A stretch of DNA of 64,000 nt from assembly GCA_051362555.1 (NCBI GenBank), contig CM120648.1:10350587-10414586 (forward strand). The letters are read 5' to 3'. The notes below the pieces were generated by a model that was not told where the DNA came from, ran no database searches, and was given only the letters and a program-made list of their open reading frames with translations. Of this stretch, positions 12,197 through 27,091 are shown in pieces; within the stretch, counting starts at the first letter, position 1, and every line of letters starts with the position of its first letter. A program made the position numbers and the translations under genes. This DNA is from Lingula anatina (taxonomy: Eukaryota; Animalia; Brachiopoda).

Positions 12197-14274
12197 GTGC
12201 ATGTTGTTTGTCTTGTTTATTTTGTGTTGTCATCTGGGTGTGAGTGGCGCCCTCACATGTTGGATGATTGGTGTTCTGTTGAGTGGTAATTAAACGTCAC
12301 CATGTATTGGAATGGTTGGAACACGCCTAGTACTGTATGCGAAAGAGTGGAGGCAGCATTGTTATATACGTAATTTTAGTTATTTAATGTATGTGTTTTA
12401 TTGTAGTTTCTTCATTGTGGTATTTGTATTATGTTGAAATTTATATTTGTGTGGTCTTTTCCTTTCATTTGTTTCAATTATATTTCGGTTCACCGTCACG
12501 ATATTGTGTTTAGACGAGTGTAAATAAATGTTTATTCCTCCACCGGAAATTTTGTTTTGACATTCGCTACTGATTCACACAACAGCATACCTGACCAGTT
12601 TCTTTCTCTGTTTCTGTATCCCTCTGTCCTTGTCTCGTTTTTAAACTGCTCGATTATAAAATATTCTAGATTGCAGACAAGTTAGATGAGCAACCCTGGT
12701 TGAACCATATATTGACATACTTCTAGAAAGATGCTAGAAAAGGTAAATAAAGAAATAAACACAACCTACTTACTCGACTTCTAAGGGTTTGTATAAAGTT
12801 AACTTCAATCCATTTGTTTAATAAAATTCGACATATTTCTTTTACATAAAAAAGCAAAAGCGCCGGTTTTAGAATAAAAATATAAACCTTGCTCTTATTT
12901 TTCTCGCTTGGGTTTTTAAAGAACTTATTTAATGACGAACTAGAGAACGGGAAATGAGGAAAATATTCTAGGAGACTAACTGAAGCAACTAGGGTGCATC
13001 GCCAGAGGAAGTATACTAAAAGGTTTGTTTTGCTATGAAAGCCAGACTCAAACTTTAATTTGATCGTTAAAGAAAAAACAAACAAACAAACGGATAAATA
13101 AATTCATTTTATGGCTGGAAATTAGTGGAATAACACCTGCAAAGGAATGATTTTAGATGTCCCCTTTGTTGCATGAATTCATGGATCAAACCGTTTTGCC
13201 GTGTGGTATTCCTTGTGTTAAGCTGTTGCTGGTCCCGGGCTAGACATAACTATTCTTCTTCAGTAATTTTTATTTCATTTAAAATATATTTCTGTATGCA
13301 TATGGTGACAAGGAAGTACTATCATATGCTATCTATTACTAATTTATTATTATTATTATTATTATTGTTATTATTATTGTTATTAAGTAGTAGTGGTAGT
13401 AGTAGCACTATTGAGCAGCAGTAGCAGCAGCAGAAGCAGCGGCAGCAGCAGCAGTAGTAGTAGTAGTAGCAGTAAAGTAGTGGTAGTAATAGTAATAGAA
13501 TCAGCAGCAGCAGATCACGACCATGGGGTCTGACTGGAAAGTAAGTTTAGAAATGAGCATGCTATTCCGTTTTTGTGTGTGTGAAATATTGAGATATTTA
13601 CAAATTCCAAATGTCCCAAAGTGATCACTTTTGGGTCTGTATTAGCAGGTTACATATTTCTTGTCAATGTGCTAAATTTGATCATTTAGTCAGGATTTAT
13701 TTTCCTTTCAATGTGGTAATTTGGCCAGCCAACAGGAGCAGTCAAATTGCCACTTACTTTCTTACTTTCTTGTGACCTTTTTATCATACCAAAAGTAGAA
13801 GAACGTGAGTGAGTAATGCCAAGAAACCATATCAGTCCCTTCAAAAACGAAAAGGTCAAATTACTTCTTTTTTTTCTTATTAACGTCATTAATATTATTC
13901 TTGTACTTCTTAAGACCCGACATAAAATTCGATAGCGAATACCACTCGATTTGTTGATATATTTTGTGGACAAGATCAAAATATTTTCGAAGTTTCAGCA
14001 CAATGAGTAATCCTTTTGGGATAGCAATTCAATGTGACATAAGACATAAGAGTTTTTGATTTAAAAGAATCAAAGTACAGACTGCAATTGCGTTAATATT
14101 ATTTGAAAAATAATTACAATGTAGTTCTTTCACTGCACTCCTTTTAACTAAAATATGTCCTTCTGCATGAGAATTGATAAAATATTTTTTTCTAATGTTT
14201 AACGCATTCCCTTCACTTCTCCGTGTCTCAGTATATTTGAGATGCATTCGAATATTGAAATCGTGTGACTTCTA

Positions 14275-14492
14275 AGGGCGTATTCCCAGAGCTTTTAGAT
14301 CGATCTATCCCCGCGGGGAGTCTCACTAGATTGATGTCACATAATTCGGCTAAAATGTCTATCCCGCCTACTACAAGCTGTAAGGGGGTAATTAACTTTC
14401 GTGCCCACTCGGCTGACAGCTATTTAGCGTGAACCCCCAGGGAGTTAGGTCGATCTAAAGTAGATCGATCTAATCTCTGGGAAAGGGGTCTA
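14275..14492. mobile_element. MITE with TAGATCGATCTA subterminal motifs (Tourist/Harbinger-like)
   Basis: Termini GGGCGTATTCCCAGA / TCTGGGAAAGGGGTC flanked by TAA. Close copy at ~24035-24250. Confidence 0.7.
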
Positions 14493-15081
14493 AGTTCACA
14501 ATCAAGTCACTATCTAATGTTTAAGCTGTATTTATGTAGTAATGCGAGGAGTCAGTTTACATTGAAAAGAGTAACAAACAACGTTGTAAAAAATGATTAC
14601 TTTATTCTAATAAATCGAAAAAAAACTGGAACAGAATTTTCACTTGGAATGAGCATCCATTATGTATGATATCTTCTTTGTGCTTCTTGAACCAAATGAC
14701 GTGTTCTGAAAGAAAAAAATTAAAAGGCACTAAGTTCATGAACATTGCATTATACTACTGATTTGTAGATACAAAATAGCCACCTATTGGTGATTCTTAC
14801 CCTTTTAAAGCATATTTTGCGTTTTCAATTATTTATTTTCTTATAAAAACGTATTTATTTCGCAGAACAGGACTATCATATTAGCCGAATTCAAGCGGAC
14901 AAAACTTCTTATTAAATTCAGATGCTTATAAGTACAGTGGTTGATGGTTTAAGTAAGTTTGAGCGTACACTAAAAAGTGAAAAAACACTCATTGCGTTGG
15001 TACTTGTTTATAGCTCGTTACTTTTCTATTGGAATTAAAACACCGTTAATTAAACAAGTACGCAACGTACCTTAATCCAAT

Positions 15082-15713
15082 TTAATATTTGCCGTAACCA
15101 GCGTTGTATCCGTATCCGGCACCATATCCAGCACCATAGCCGTATCCGGCGTTGTAGCCGTATCCAGCATCATAGCCATAGCCGGCACCATAACCATAAC
15201 CAGCACCATAACCGGCACCAACAACGGAACGCTGGACGGTGTATCCTCTAACTGGGACTGGGACGACGTTCTTAACGGTTCTGTAGCCGTGGACTGGGAC
15301 AACATTAACAGTTGGGACCTTGACGGTTCTGTAGCCGTGGACCTTTCTGTAGTCAACAGTTGGGACCTGAAAAGAAAAATAATATATATTTCAACTTTTC
15401 TTTCCAAAATCTTAATACATTATTTAATTCTCTTTTATTTTCTGGTAAAATTACCTTTCGATTTTATATCCTATATCACTTGATTCCGACCCATGGCGGT
15501 CTAATATACTGCACAACACGTATTTACATCTCTATAGCTGTATATTCAACTAAACGGTTGGCACTTTGAGCGCACAATAAAGATTTTGAATCTTACCTTG
15601 TTCAAAACGACTTTGTTCTTGTAGGTGGTGAAAGGCTTGACGTGAGTGGCAACCTTTGGGTAGACGGCGGAGGCCACGGCTACGAGGGCAACGAGAGCGA
15701 TGAGAACCTTCAT
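15082..15713 (-). CDS. Secreted Val/Pro-repeat + Gly/Tyr-tail protein, copy 4 (133 aa)
   Basis: Exon1 15713-15597, exon2 15366-15082 (starts VPTVDYRK). TATA 15780-15786. Putative UTR exon3 from 14705, AATAAA 14601-14606. The coding frame is not listed in the ORF track and was read manually. Confidence 0.92.
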
Positions 15714-17103
15714 GTTGGCGAGGTAGAGGTGCTGGAGTCGTCAGAGATGAGAACTGATTTTGACTGTGAACCTGCGGGCTTTTATACCTGCATGGACTTC
15801 ATTAGAATGTCGGAGGATTTGTTCATTAAGGATAATTTTTAATGACTATGAACATGACACATATTACTCGGCAATAATGTATAATAGGGCATTCTTGGGA
15901 CCGTTAATGTGGCGGCCGGATCACGGCGGAATGAAGGCGGCAACTTGTATGACAGGCAGCCTGGCTATTACACTATAGCAGAATTAAATCAATTAACAAT
16001 GAACAAACTATTAACAAGTCTGACATACGCGTTATTCAAGGCTGCTGTGATTCAATGATGACCATAATTACTGATATCATGTAACAGAACGTAGTGGTAC
16101 AATGCATAAACGCACACGTGCCAGGAGGAATTTGATTTAGAAGGTGAGGTGATAGTGAGATGATTAAAACAATATTATATTATATTATATTATTATTATT
16201 CTTTTGTCACTTTCAGTGTACATTCTCCTATCATTTAAAATGCATTTTCTATGTAAATTTGAAAAATAAAGGCAGGAAAGTCTGTTATGCATATCATTAT
16301 ATAGAATATAAAGTGATGCACGACAAATTAAAGGCAGAAAAGTTTGCTGTGCATATCATTATATACTGTTTATTTCCAGTTAAGATGAGGTCGGTGAAAA
16401 AAATTGAGTAAATAGAGAAATTCATAAATAAAACCTTCTGAGTCTCCTTCCAGAAATGTCATTTAAAAATTCAATAGATAAAATATGTCACTTAAACATA
16501 CAAAAGCGAAAACACAAGTGTTAAAATCAACAGGTATATTTTGTTTTAAATTCTCTTTGGAAAAAAATATTTGTTATGACAGATAATAAGGAAAACTCCA
16601 GATGGCCAACGGTAGAACTCCAGTGGAAGTAATTCACGTGCAATACAACAAAAAATGTATATCTAAGATGTGCTTGATGACAAGAATTAGACTTAAAGTT
16701 ATAATGAACACTCTTGATGGACCGTGAATCAAACGTGTGTATAATCCATTAGATGCCCATGGCTAAGACAAGAACAGATATACAAATTATGCAAACTATG
16801 CACCTGAAGCCATTACCTGTGTCTAATGTCGCCATGCGCTTTCCTAATTAACACCTTATAAGAATGGCCTATTCAATCCTCAAAATGCTTATTTTTTTAT
16901 TGAACTCTTTCATGGCCCAACACATTAATGGGTCCCAGAATGTGTCGTCCTACTGTACACCAATAGCCATCTATCAAACGCATTCTTAATCCTCCGACGT
17001 TCCAATTAACTCTAATGAAGACCATGCAGATATAAAAGACCGTAGGTACTCAGTCAAAATCAGTTCTCATCTCTGACGACTCCAGCACCTCTACCTCGCC
17101 AAC

Positions 17104-18042
17104 ATGAAGGTTCTCATCGCTCTCGTTGCCCTCGTGGCCGTGGCTTCCGCCGTCTACCCAAAGGTTGCCACCCACGTCAAGCCTTTCACCACCTACAAGA
17201 ACAAAGTTGTTGTGAACAAGGTAAGATCCAAAATCTTTATAGTTCGCTCAAAGTGCCAACTGTCAAGTCGAATACAAATCTAAACTAGAAAAGCACTCCG
17301 AGAGGGTAGACCTCCGCCAAGGCAGCAAATTCTCCACCCATTGCCGTTTCACCCCTAAATTTTCATTTTATAATGATTTAGTTTATTTTTTTTAGTATTG
17401 ATTATTGATTGATTATTAATTGATTATTGATTCGGATCACCACCAAAAGCTAATCATCTGTTCCTTAGCCCACGTCTGACAGTTCCTGAAAAATTTTGAG
17501 TTATGTTGATGACAGACAGACAGACAAACAAACAAACAAACAGGGTGAAAACATAACCTCCTTGGCGGAGGTAAAAAACGTAAATGCACGATGAAATATA
17601 CTGGCACGGCAAGTGATCTAGGGTATCAAATCGAAGAGTAATTTTATCATAAATAACTACTAATTAATGTAACAACTAATACATACTCGTTTGGAGTTTT
17701 CGAAAGATAGTTTGAATATATGAATTTTATTCTTTCCAGGTCCCAACTGTTAACTACAGAAAGGTCCACGGCTACAGAACCGTCAAGGTCCCAACTGTTA
17801 ATGTTGTCCCAGTCCACGGCTACAGAACCGTTGAGAACGTCGTCCCAGTCCCAGTGAGAGGATACACCGTCCAGCGTACCGTTGTTGGAGCTGGTTTAGG
17901 TGCTGGTTATGGTGCTGGTTATGGCGCTGGTTATGATGCCGGCTATGGCTATGATGCTGGATACGGCTACAACGCCGGATACGGCTATGGTGCTGGATAT
18001 GGTGCCGGATACGGATACAACGCTGGTTACGGCAAATATTAA
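17104..18042 (+). CDS. Secreted Val/Pro-repeat + Gly/Tyr-tail protein, copy 5 (139 aa)
   Basis: Exon1 17104-17220, exon2 17740-18042. TATAAAA 17031-17037. The intron carries a ~290-bp insertion. UTR exon3 from 18495, AATAAA 18582-18587. Confidence 0.93.
17284..17573. mobile_element. DINE/HINE-like (Helentron-associated) non-autonomous element in the copy-5 intron
   Basis: Subterminal inverted repeat ACCTCCGCCAAGG / CCTTGGCGGAGGT, a (GACA)n(AAAC)n microsatellite and a terminal hairpin ACCTCCTTGGCGGAGGT. It sits in an A-run and is absent from the homologous introns of copies 4 and 6. Confidence 0.75.
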
Positions 18043-20248
18043 ACTGGACTAAGGTACATTGCTTACGTACCTTATTCACTTCCAAGGCGCATTTTATTCT
18101 CAACAAACAAGTAAATAAACAAGATTTATAATTGTAAGCTTAGAGATGGTCATTTTTCATTATAGCACTCCCCGATTCAATCTACTACTTAACTTACAAT
18201 TGAAATTAGAATATATACTATTTATCTGCTTGAGTGTGGCTAATATGGGTAGTCATGTTTTTTATGCATTATTTATACAAGCTTAAGTTTGAGTAACGGA
18301 CAGTCATTATAGATCATGCAATAAAATTGTTCTTTTTTTAATAAATAGGGGAATTATAGAAATTGAATTGACAACCAATATTTTTCAATGGATTACTCAT
18401 CACCATACATTTACTTTTCTGTATCTCAAAGCTGTAATACATGTACGATGCAGCATTCCAGAGCTTGATGATTTTTTCATTTTTTTTCTTTCAGAATGCG
18501 TCATTTGGTTCAAGATTCACAATGAATTTATTTCCATGGTGTTAAATTTCCAGTGAATTATATTCCTATTTTCTAAGAAAAAATAAACAATTTTTATTGT
18601 CAATCATGTTTGTTGTTTGTTTAATCTTTGTAGCCGAATTACGTTAGGTTGAACACGGCTCTGTGCTTTGAAAAAATAGCATACGCGCAGTATTTGGAAG
18701 TCACACGATTTTTAGGATTCAAACTTATGTGAAAATATGACACGAAAAAACTGACGGGGGCAGGACAAGAAAGAATTGACATTTTTACCAACAATCAAGC
18801 TGGAAAAATGAGAAATAATAGAAAAAAACAATGCCTTGAAATCGAACACAGTACACAAAAAATCTACCAAAGCAGCGAGTTATTCCATTTTCCATCAGAA
18901 TTACATTGATATGAACTGAAAAACAAGGAAACAAAGTTGTCAAAAGGATTAATGACAGGATGGAATGAAGAATTGGCATGAAAACAGTCTAAAATGACAA
19001 ATATACCATTTAAACGATAGATGTGCTCAATATGGTTTGTGTGAATGTCTATGTAATGTAACGTAAACTTAACTTCCGTATAATCACCAATTCTTAATAA
19101 TGTGTAATGTAAGGGTGGATATACATGTAGTCAGAAAATGTGGGCCGTTTGAGACCCATTAAAATTCGGACAAGCAGATAGAAAATGCGAAATAGTGAAA
19201 ATGAAAAAAAGTCCATGTAGGATAGTTTTCAAACTAGAGGTATATTTTGTCAATAAATCATATGTACAAATGTTAGAATAAGTAACAGAGTTATCTTTTA
19301 TTGTTTTTCTATTTACATAGTGTGACTTTGAAACCCTGTGCCAGTAACAATCTCAGTGTCCACAGGTGACAGTAATACAGAAGTTAATATCGTCGGAGAA
19401 AATGTCCGTAGTTCTGTAGTTAACTGTTACGCAAATGCTTGAGACCTTTCATAGGTTAGATATGTAGGCGATATGCAAAATTAAAACCGGACATGATACA
19501 AAAGACCGACCAGTCGGCAAATTGGTGTCCGAGTAAGTAACTTCCGTTTGCAGAGAATAACTACTAAAATTCTAGTTGTCCGACAACAAAAATCACAACA
19601 AGTAATTTGAAGTAACGCTTTTTTTAAATGGGAAAAACCCCTGTATCACGTAAATCATCGAGTTCCGTTTTGCCTAGACATGCATTACGTAACATCGACA
19701 GGGATGTACACTACTTTGCACCTAGGTGAGAAACCGCCCCTCACTGGCAAATATATGTCTGACAAGGAACGCGTTCCTCTTGATTGCTCCAAATATCACA
19801 GGGTGATTTTCAACATTTTTTAACAGAATTTTTGCGCACCCTGTGGTTAGAAAATATAGTTACATAAACTTGAAGTGTCTTATATTCATTTATTTTTGAT
19901 TGTACCAACTTCGATAGCAATGCATTTTAAAAATGATTTTCTAACGATGACATATAGTATAATTGACTTCATTAATAAATTATTTTATTTATTAATATAA
20001 TTAGTTTTTTCATGTGTGTATAATCAGGCATACCCATAGCATTGCTGGAATATGCACTGAGTGTAAATAGTTGAGAGATCATATTACAGGGTAAATATTC
20101 AACTCATATTACATCTTTGATTTCAATCTAATGACATGCTTATTACAAAAGCAAAAACATCTTTTACTGGTATGTGTATATTATACACTCTGTTGGGCTA
20201 CAAATTATACGTTGGATTCATTAGTAGTGTATTATATTATATTGCCAA

Positions 20249-20280
<32 letters not shown>

Positions 20281-21160
20281 CATTATTATTACGTTTGCAT
20301 ATGGTTGATTTTGTCTTGCATTTCACGTTTTTACCATCCAGTTATAAGCTTTCCAACATATTGAAAAAAGTGCGCCATGCTCCATTCCATTTAATTTTCA
20401 GCGATTGTCCCTCACTTTCTTTCATTACAAATCTTCATTATAGTGCGTGCTACTAAATGCCCCCCTCTCCAAATCCTACTTTACAGAGAGCTGTGTTTCT
20501 ATAGTTACACCAAGAGTGAGTTAAAGACTGAATAAACAAACGAGCAGAATAATGGAATAATGATCGATAAGTTTATTTTCTATAATGAAAGAGAAACAGA
20601 ATTTTCACTGGAAACTGGTCCCGTGGGAATGACTTCATAATGGATCTTGAACCAAATCACGAATGCTGTAAGAAAAACATTAACCATTTAAACACTGCAT
20701 GACACGGAAAACAGAAAATTATCTTGTTGGTGATATGAAATTCTGCGGAAAATGTTTGCTTTTCAATTTCATTTCTGTTTTTTTTTTTTTTTTTTTTTTT
20801 TTTACATATTAAAAATATTCAATATAAATTCCATGGTTTCTATTTATTCGAAAACGTTTTTCAATACAATCACTTGATAACTAATGAAAATAGCTTTCTT
20901 TGAAATAATTTTGAATACATTACTATTGATGAACGCATAACAAAAATGGGTAAACCATAAACCCAATCCAAGCGGACGATCCGATTTTCGTTAAGATTAT
21001 TTAATACAAAGGACTTTGATAGCTAATGTTTAAGGTAAATTGAAGAGTATAAGAATAAAAATAAACCACTATTATCTGTAAATCATTATTTTAATTCTGA
21101 TGAATGTTATTGTACATGTATAAATGAATAAGTCATGTTAACAACGTACCTTAGTCCAGT

Positions 21161-21909
21161 TTAATATTTGCCGTAACCAGCGTTGTATCCGTATCCGGCA
21201 CCATATCCAGCACCGTAGCCGTATCCGGCATCGTAGCCGTATCCAGCGTCATAGCCATAGCCAGCATCATAACCATAACCAGCACCATAACCAGCACCTA
21301 AACCAGCTCCAACAACGGTACGCTGGACGGCGTATCCTCTGACTGGGACTGGGACGACGTTCTTGACGGTTCTGTATCCGTGGACTGGGACAACATTGAC
21401 AGTTGGGACCTTGACGGTTCTGTAGCCGTGGACCTTTCTGTAGTTAACAGTTGGGACCTGAAAAGAAAAAAAATACATATATTTAAATCTCCGTGTTACT
21501 GTATAACAAGGGACAGACATTCACTTGTTCTTTCTATAGTCAAATTTCAATTTTTGATAAAACCTTTTTTCGATTTGATGTTCTGGATCACTTGCAAGAC
21601 TATCCTATGCATTTGCACTGTATATTATACCTGCATTGGGTGAACAATGGAAAGGATGAACGTAAAGTACGTTATTGTGAACTAGTATACTGCCCGTGCC
21701 AGTATATTTTATCATGTATTTAATGCTTTTTAGATTGGTATTCGACTAAATAGTTGACAATTCGAGCCCACTATAAAGATTTTTCATCTTACCTTGTTCA
21801 AAACAACCTTGTTGTGGTAGGTAGTGACTGGCTTCACGTGGGTCCTAACCTTTGGGTAGACGGCGGAGGCAACGGCCACGAGGGCAACGAGAGCGATGAG
21901 AACCTTCAT
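21161..21909 (-). CDS. Secreted Val/Pro-repeat + Gly/Tyr-tail protein, copy 6 (137 aa)
   Basis: Exon1 21909-21793 (...VYPKVRTHVKPVTTYHNKVVLNK), exon2 21457-21161. TATA-like 21976-21982. UTR exon3 from 20665, AATAAA 20572-20577. Confidence 0.93.
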
Positions 21910-24034
21910 GTTGGCGAGGTAGAGGTGCTGGAGTCGTCAGAGATGAGAACTGATTTTGACTGAGAATCCTCGGGCTTATATACCCTCTTAGTCTTTATGA
22001 AAATGACCGAGGATTTAAAAAGTGCTTTTGTTTCAGAGCCGTACCATTTAATAACTATGAAAATGGCTCTAGATGAGTGGTCATTATTGGCATATAATGG
22101 ACAGGAGGGTCATTCTTGGATAGTCAATGTGGCGGGCCATGAAGGAGTAGAAATGGACCCTTGTTTGCTGGTTAAACGGGCGTTTGTTCTTGGCTAGTGT
22201 GGTTAAATGTAGTTCAGTGGAACTGGTGCATGGACGCGTTAGCTGATCATAAAAGGGTTCTTTATACACACACTGGACAATAGAAGTGTCACCTCTACTG
22301 AACCAATACTTTGGGGGAGATAAATGACTTGTGGAATGATGTGCTCATGGTATCATTTTAATAACATCAAATTTCACGAAAAGGCCAACAATACAATTCC
22401 ATGGTACGGCGGTTTTTTACTCAATAGCCACATTATAAGTAGACCAGGCATTATAACTTTGATTACTCTGATTCAGGGGTTGACACTTCTATTGTCCAGT
22501 GTATGTATAATGGCGTGGACGTGTAATTCTTAGAAAAAGTTACATAGCTGTATGTTTATGTGCAGTCTCCTTAAATGCTGATTAACATTTCATGTAAGTG
22601 AATGGGACCTGGAATTATTTTTTATCTTGTTAAGGGTCTTTTGTTGAGAAAAATCAAACAATACTGTAGCATTCCTGTAACTCTCTCTCTCTCTCTCTCT
22701 CTCGCCATTTCATGTTTCCCTTTTAAAATATAAAGTATAAGATTTGGAGTTGATGTTATACAGTAAGGTGTTCATAAACGTTCACCAAGTATATGTTTAT
22801 CCTTTAATTTTTTCTCAAGTCAACAAAAAAATATGCTTCCTTTATATTTCCACTGAGCTACTAAAAGCTAATATAAGTTAAAGGGATAACAAGTTAATTC
22901 ACAGGGAATTCAAAATTCCTCAATAAATACATTGTAAACAACACACAGAAATATAATAAATTCTATTTTACCATAAAGACGGCAGTTTTAGCAATTATTC
23001 TGAAATCTGTGCTTGTCATAGGACCACGTGGACCTTCATAGAGAGCTACCCTGGCTAGATTATTACAAAAAAAAATCGTTTGACTTACTTTGCACGTGGG
23101 AACGGATTCAAGAACTATTGGAAATTATGAGTAAATAGTCGTAATTGCGATAACCGCCGTTTTGGTGCTAAACTAAAATTTATCATACTTCTATGTGTTG
23201 TTTACTTTGTTTTTATGGCAGAAATTTGAACCTCACATGAAAGAGTTATCCCTTTTAAACAACAGGGATAAACAAACCCATTTTATGACGTTGGGTACAA
23301 ACAAAATAGCAAACATAAAATTTTAGATGACCTCTGTCAAGCGTAGGTCAGCAGATTTGGTGACGACCCATTTTACCGGCTACCTGTACATTAAACCCTG
23401 TCACTGGCCATTAGCTGGTTCACGCAATATTAATAATAATTTCGTGACGGTGCTGTCGTGTCCGATACGATGTAAGATGATCTTGTGGCTTGTTATGATA
23501 TGAATGATACACAGAAGCACTGTGTAACAGTCATTCTCCGAACGGTTAATTACACCACTCACGATGGGGGACTAAAGTCGACTCCTTGATTGTTCCGAAA
23601 ATGGTATGGCAACATGTATGTGGTAGACGGGCATGGCGCCGCCATATACAATGTTGCCGCACTGGAGTAAGTTCTCTACTTCTTGTTTATTTATCTAATC
23701 ATTTTTTAAAATAATTATTCAATTTATGTATTTGGTTGTTTGCCAAATGATCATTTCATTAATTAAGTTTTTGTCAATTGGTTAATTAATCAGTGTCATT
23801 TTCTTATAAATTGCTTGATTGGTTGACTGTTTTTATTTGTTTAATTTATTTATTTATTATATTTATTTATAGAACATGGTCATTAATTTGTTATAGCTGT
23901 TTTAAGATATTCTCTTCTGTATATAAGTAACGTTTCTTTTTAGCATTTCAAAATCGTCTATTATGGGAATTAATAGAAAAGAATCATAAACTCATTGACG
24001 TAAAGTAGGGTGCAGACTCTTGTTCCCTCTCCTA

Positions 24035-24250
24035 TGGGTCTATTCCCACAACTTTAGATCGATCTATCACCGCGGGGACTCTCACCAGACTACCGTCAGA
24101 TAATCCCCCTTAAGTGTCCGTCCCCGCCCACTACAAGCCGTAAGGGGCAATTAACTTTCGTGTCCGCTCGGCTGACAGCTATTCACGTTAACCCCCAGGG
24201 AGTTAGGTCGATCCAAAGTAGGTCGATCTAATCTATGGAAATGGGGTGTA
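24035..24250. mobile_element. Second copy of the same MITE
   Basis: Colinear with 14275-14492 (TTTAGATCGATCTATC.CCGCGGGGA...GGGAGTTAGGTCGATC). Confidence 0.7.
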
Positions 24251-24771
24251 AGATTCAAAAGATCCTAAGATTTTTGCTTGCTTTCCAATCTCTCTTCCAT
24301 ATGTAATACAGGAAATCTTTGGAAAAACAAGTATCGAAGACGATCACCATCATTTCAATTATATGATAACATCTTTATTTTCATTCGTGTGGGAAGATTA
24401 ATGTAACACAGTATCACTAAATTATCCATTAATTTGTTTATAACTTTTAAGTTTAAGTTTTATTTATTAAAATGAATGAATAGGTTCAATTAATAAAAAG
24501 ATAGATGTAAACAAAGCCATGGACAAACATAAAGGAAATCGCTCTCTTTAAGGGAAACATGGCTAGATGAATAGATTCATTGGTGGCTATGAAAACAAGA
24601 GATATCTGGTCTACTGTAATGATTATAAAGAGAGCATTCACCTCTCTCTGGTCAGATAGGTGCAAGAGTGTGACAGGAGCCCGTGACGAGCTGCGTCAGG
24701 TAACAGCGTGTTTGATGTTGTCAAGCACTGGTGTGACATTGTAGGATTTTTTTCCAAACAAACACATTAAT

Positions 24772-24817
<46 letters not shown>

Positions 24818-26175
24818 AGTAGGGGCCACTCCCATAACCCTATCTAAAATGCCATTAGTTAAAGCGTGCCTGAAGGTCAATTACCCCCCCCCCCAAGTAG
24901 CTTCAGTGGGCGTGACAGACATTTAAGGCGCTTAAACTGAATGCAATTTAGCGAGAATCCTCTCAGAGTTAGATCGACCCTGTTAGTGTAATGAGATTAT
25001 GGGAACCCGGTCTTAGTCTTTCAGTAATTATATTAGAATACATTCATCTTTGCTTAATTATCTCATACAAATGTGTATTACATTTAACGCCCCCAACTGC
25101 ACAAATGACAGATGTCATGCAGATGGCTAGTTGCTGTCAAAATATGCATATGATGGAAGGGGCATTGGCACATTCTCTCCCACAAGGCCATTCTCGGGCA
25201 TGCGCACTGTGTAACCGTTATGGAGGATAACATGTACATGTATGTCCTGCTCTCTGTAGATAATGCAAATGATTGAACAATGGCACTTACGCTCCATTCT
25301 ATACAATTATGCCATTTGCGAAAAAAAAAAAACAGAGATTCAGATGCTCATATTTTGCGTAACTATGTTTGCGTAGTTTTGACTGCCTCATATATTCGTT
25401 TTATACTATATAACCTCTTTCTCCCTATTTTTCATTATTTTTATTTTTTGTAATAATGTAGTAATAAAGAGACGGGCGTTACTGATAGTTGGCAAATTAA
25501 ATAGCTGACAAATTCGTTTATTGTAATTTAATATTTAGCAGATATAGAATTATGCATTTTCAGATGCTTTTTTCCTCAATAAATAAATGCAGAAAAATAC
25601 TAATCGCTTCTTTTGTCTGTGTAAAAGAGTTCCCTCACGCACCAAAGTCGATCTTTGGGTGTAAATCATGGTTAAAATAGTACCATTATGTTTTAAAATG
25701 AAAACTAACACCTAATAATTTCGGAAGATGTGTTGGGTCAGACCAGGATGACATTAATCTCTGTGGCTTGTACCCTTTCACAAATAATTTAAAAGCTATT
25801 TCTTCTTGGAATGCGCCTTGCTAAAAGTTAAACGACCGCATTAAGACAACGGAGACAAATCATCGGCCTGTTAAGCACTGTCCTCCCTCCCCGCCTTGTT
25901 AATGGGGCCATCAAAAGCAGCAGAGATACCGATTATATAAACATAATAATGATAGCCGCGCTTCATGGTCGTCTTAGGGCAATGGGACCTTCGCGATCTC
26001 GACCCAAATGATTTTTGCAAAGCGGCGCTGATAACATATATGTGCATAAAACACTTACTGCACACTGTGCAATTGTGCGAAGCAAAGAAAGAGCTGTTGT
26101 GCCCTTCCAACCATCATCTACATGTATATTTACACGATTTTAAGGTGCAATCAATAATTCTGCCTAAATGTTCTT

Positions 26176-27091
26176 AGAGAGCATTCTCAACAAATTTGAT
26201 CCGCGGACTAACTAGCTAGTCTGCGTATGAAATATGGCGCGTACTTGACAATGGATTCCCGCCTCCGTCGGCAGATCACTTGTTGTCCTTAGTTGTCGCA
26301 CGGTGAAAGAAAATATGTGGAATGTCTTCCTCAGCTACACCATAAAGAGACCAGTTGTCATCAACTCCAATATATTCAAATGTGATTTTACTTGCAAGAG
26401 CTTTTGTACTCTAGGGTACTGAAACCACTGAAGTTTAGACTCCTCTCTCGTTACGAAGTAGTTTTAGCAGACATATTTTGAAAATTTAATTCTGCGTTCC
26501 ACTTTTCTTCATTTGTCATCCGTGTAGCTGTATGATTTTTTTAAAAGAAAAGAAAGGAAATATCCTTTCTGGAATCTTCCTCCGAAATCAAATTTTCCTA
26601 CAGAAAAAAAAAAAAATTCTACTCACTAATTGATCTGCCCCTTCACTTGGATTAGGTGTTACATACCATTAACCGCGTGGTAATGTAAAAAAAAGACCCG
26701 CCAAATTGCAATAACACGTGTGAGAACGGCAACATCAAGCTAGCCAACCAGTTTAAGTACCTCAGGTTGGTACACATCTGTCCACATGCCCAACCTGTTA
26801 TGCGAGTTAATCCCGGGATAATGAAACTGGAAATTCGAGATATACAGCATACGGCATGAGCGACCTAAACCCGTACGATGTTCAACCTAGAGAGTGAAAT
26901 AGTCCCACTGCAAAATCTGCATTATAAAATCTGTTTCACATGTGTCTCAAAGTTTTCATGGCACTTTAAAATCAATAATACTCTGATACTCACAAGGTCC
27001 GCTAGCGGTCTGTTACAAAAGTTTCGTACCATTTAAAAATCTGCCATATTTGATCCGCGGATCTGTTAGTTCGCTGTTCTGAATGCTCTCT
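26176..27091. mobile_element. Possible TIR element with CCGCGGACTAA-type subterminal motifs
   Basis: AGAGAGCATTC...GATCCGCGGA at the left end and GATCCGCGGA...GAATGCTCTCT at the right end. Similar motifs at ~41615-41750. No clear TSD. Confidence 0.45.

Noticed and set aside
11864-12293. 141-aa and 69-aa ORFs with poly-Pro
   Set aside because: The poly-Pro comes from the poly-C tract of the 12001-12196 transposon.
13173-13424. Poly-Leu, poly-Tyr, ER- and HT-repeat ORFs (also 20131-20456, 36200-36497, 47369-47720)
   Set aside because: These are translations of microsatellites.
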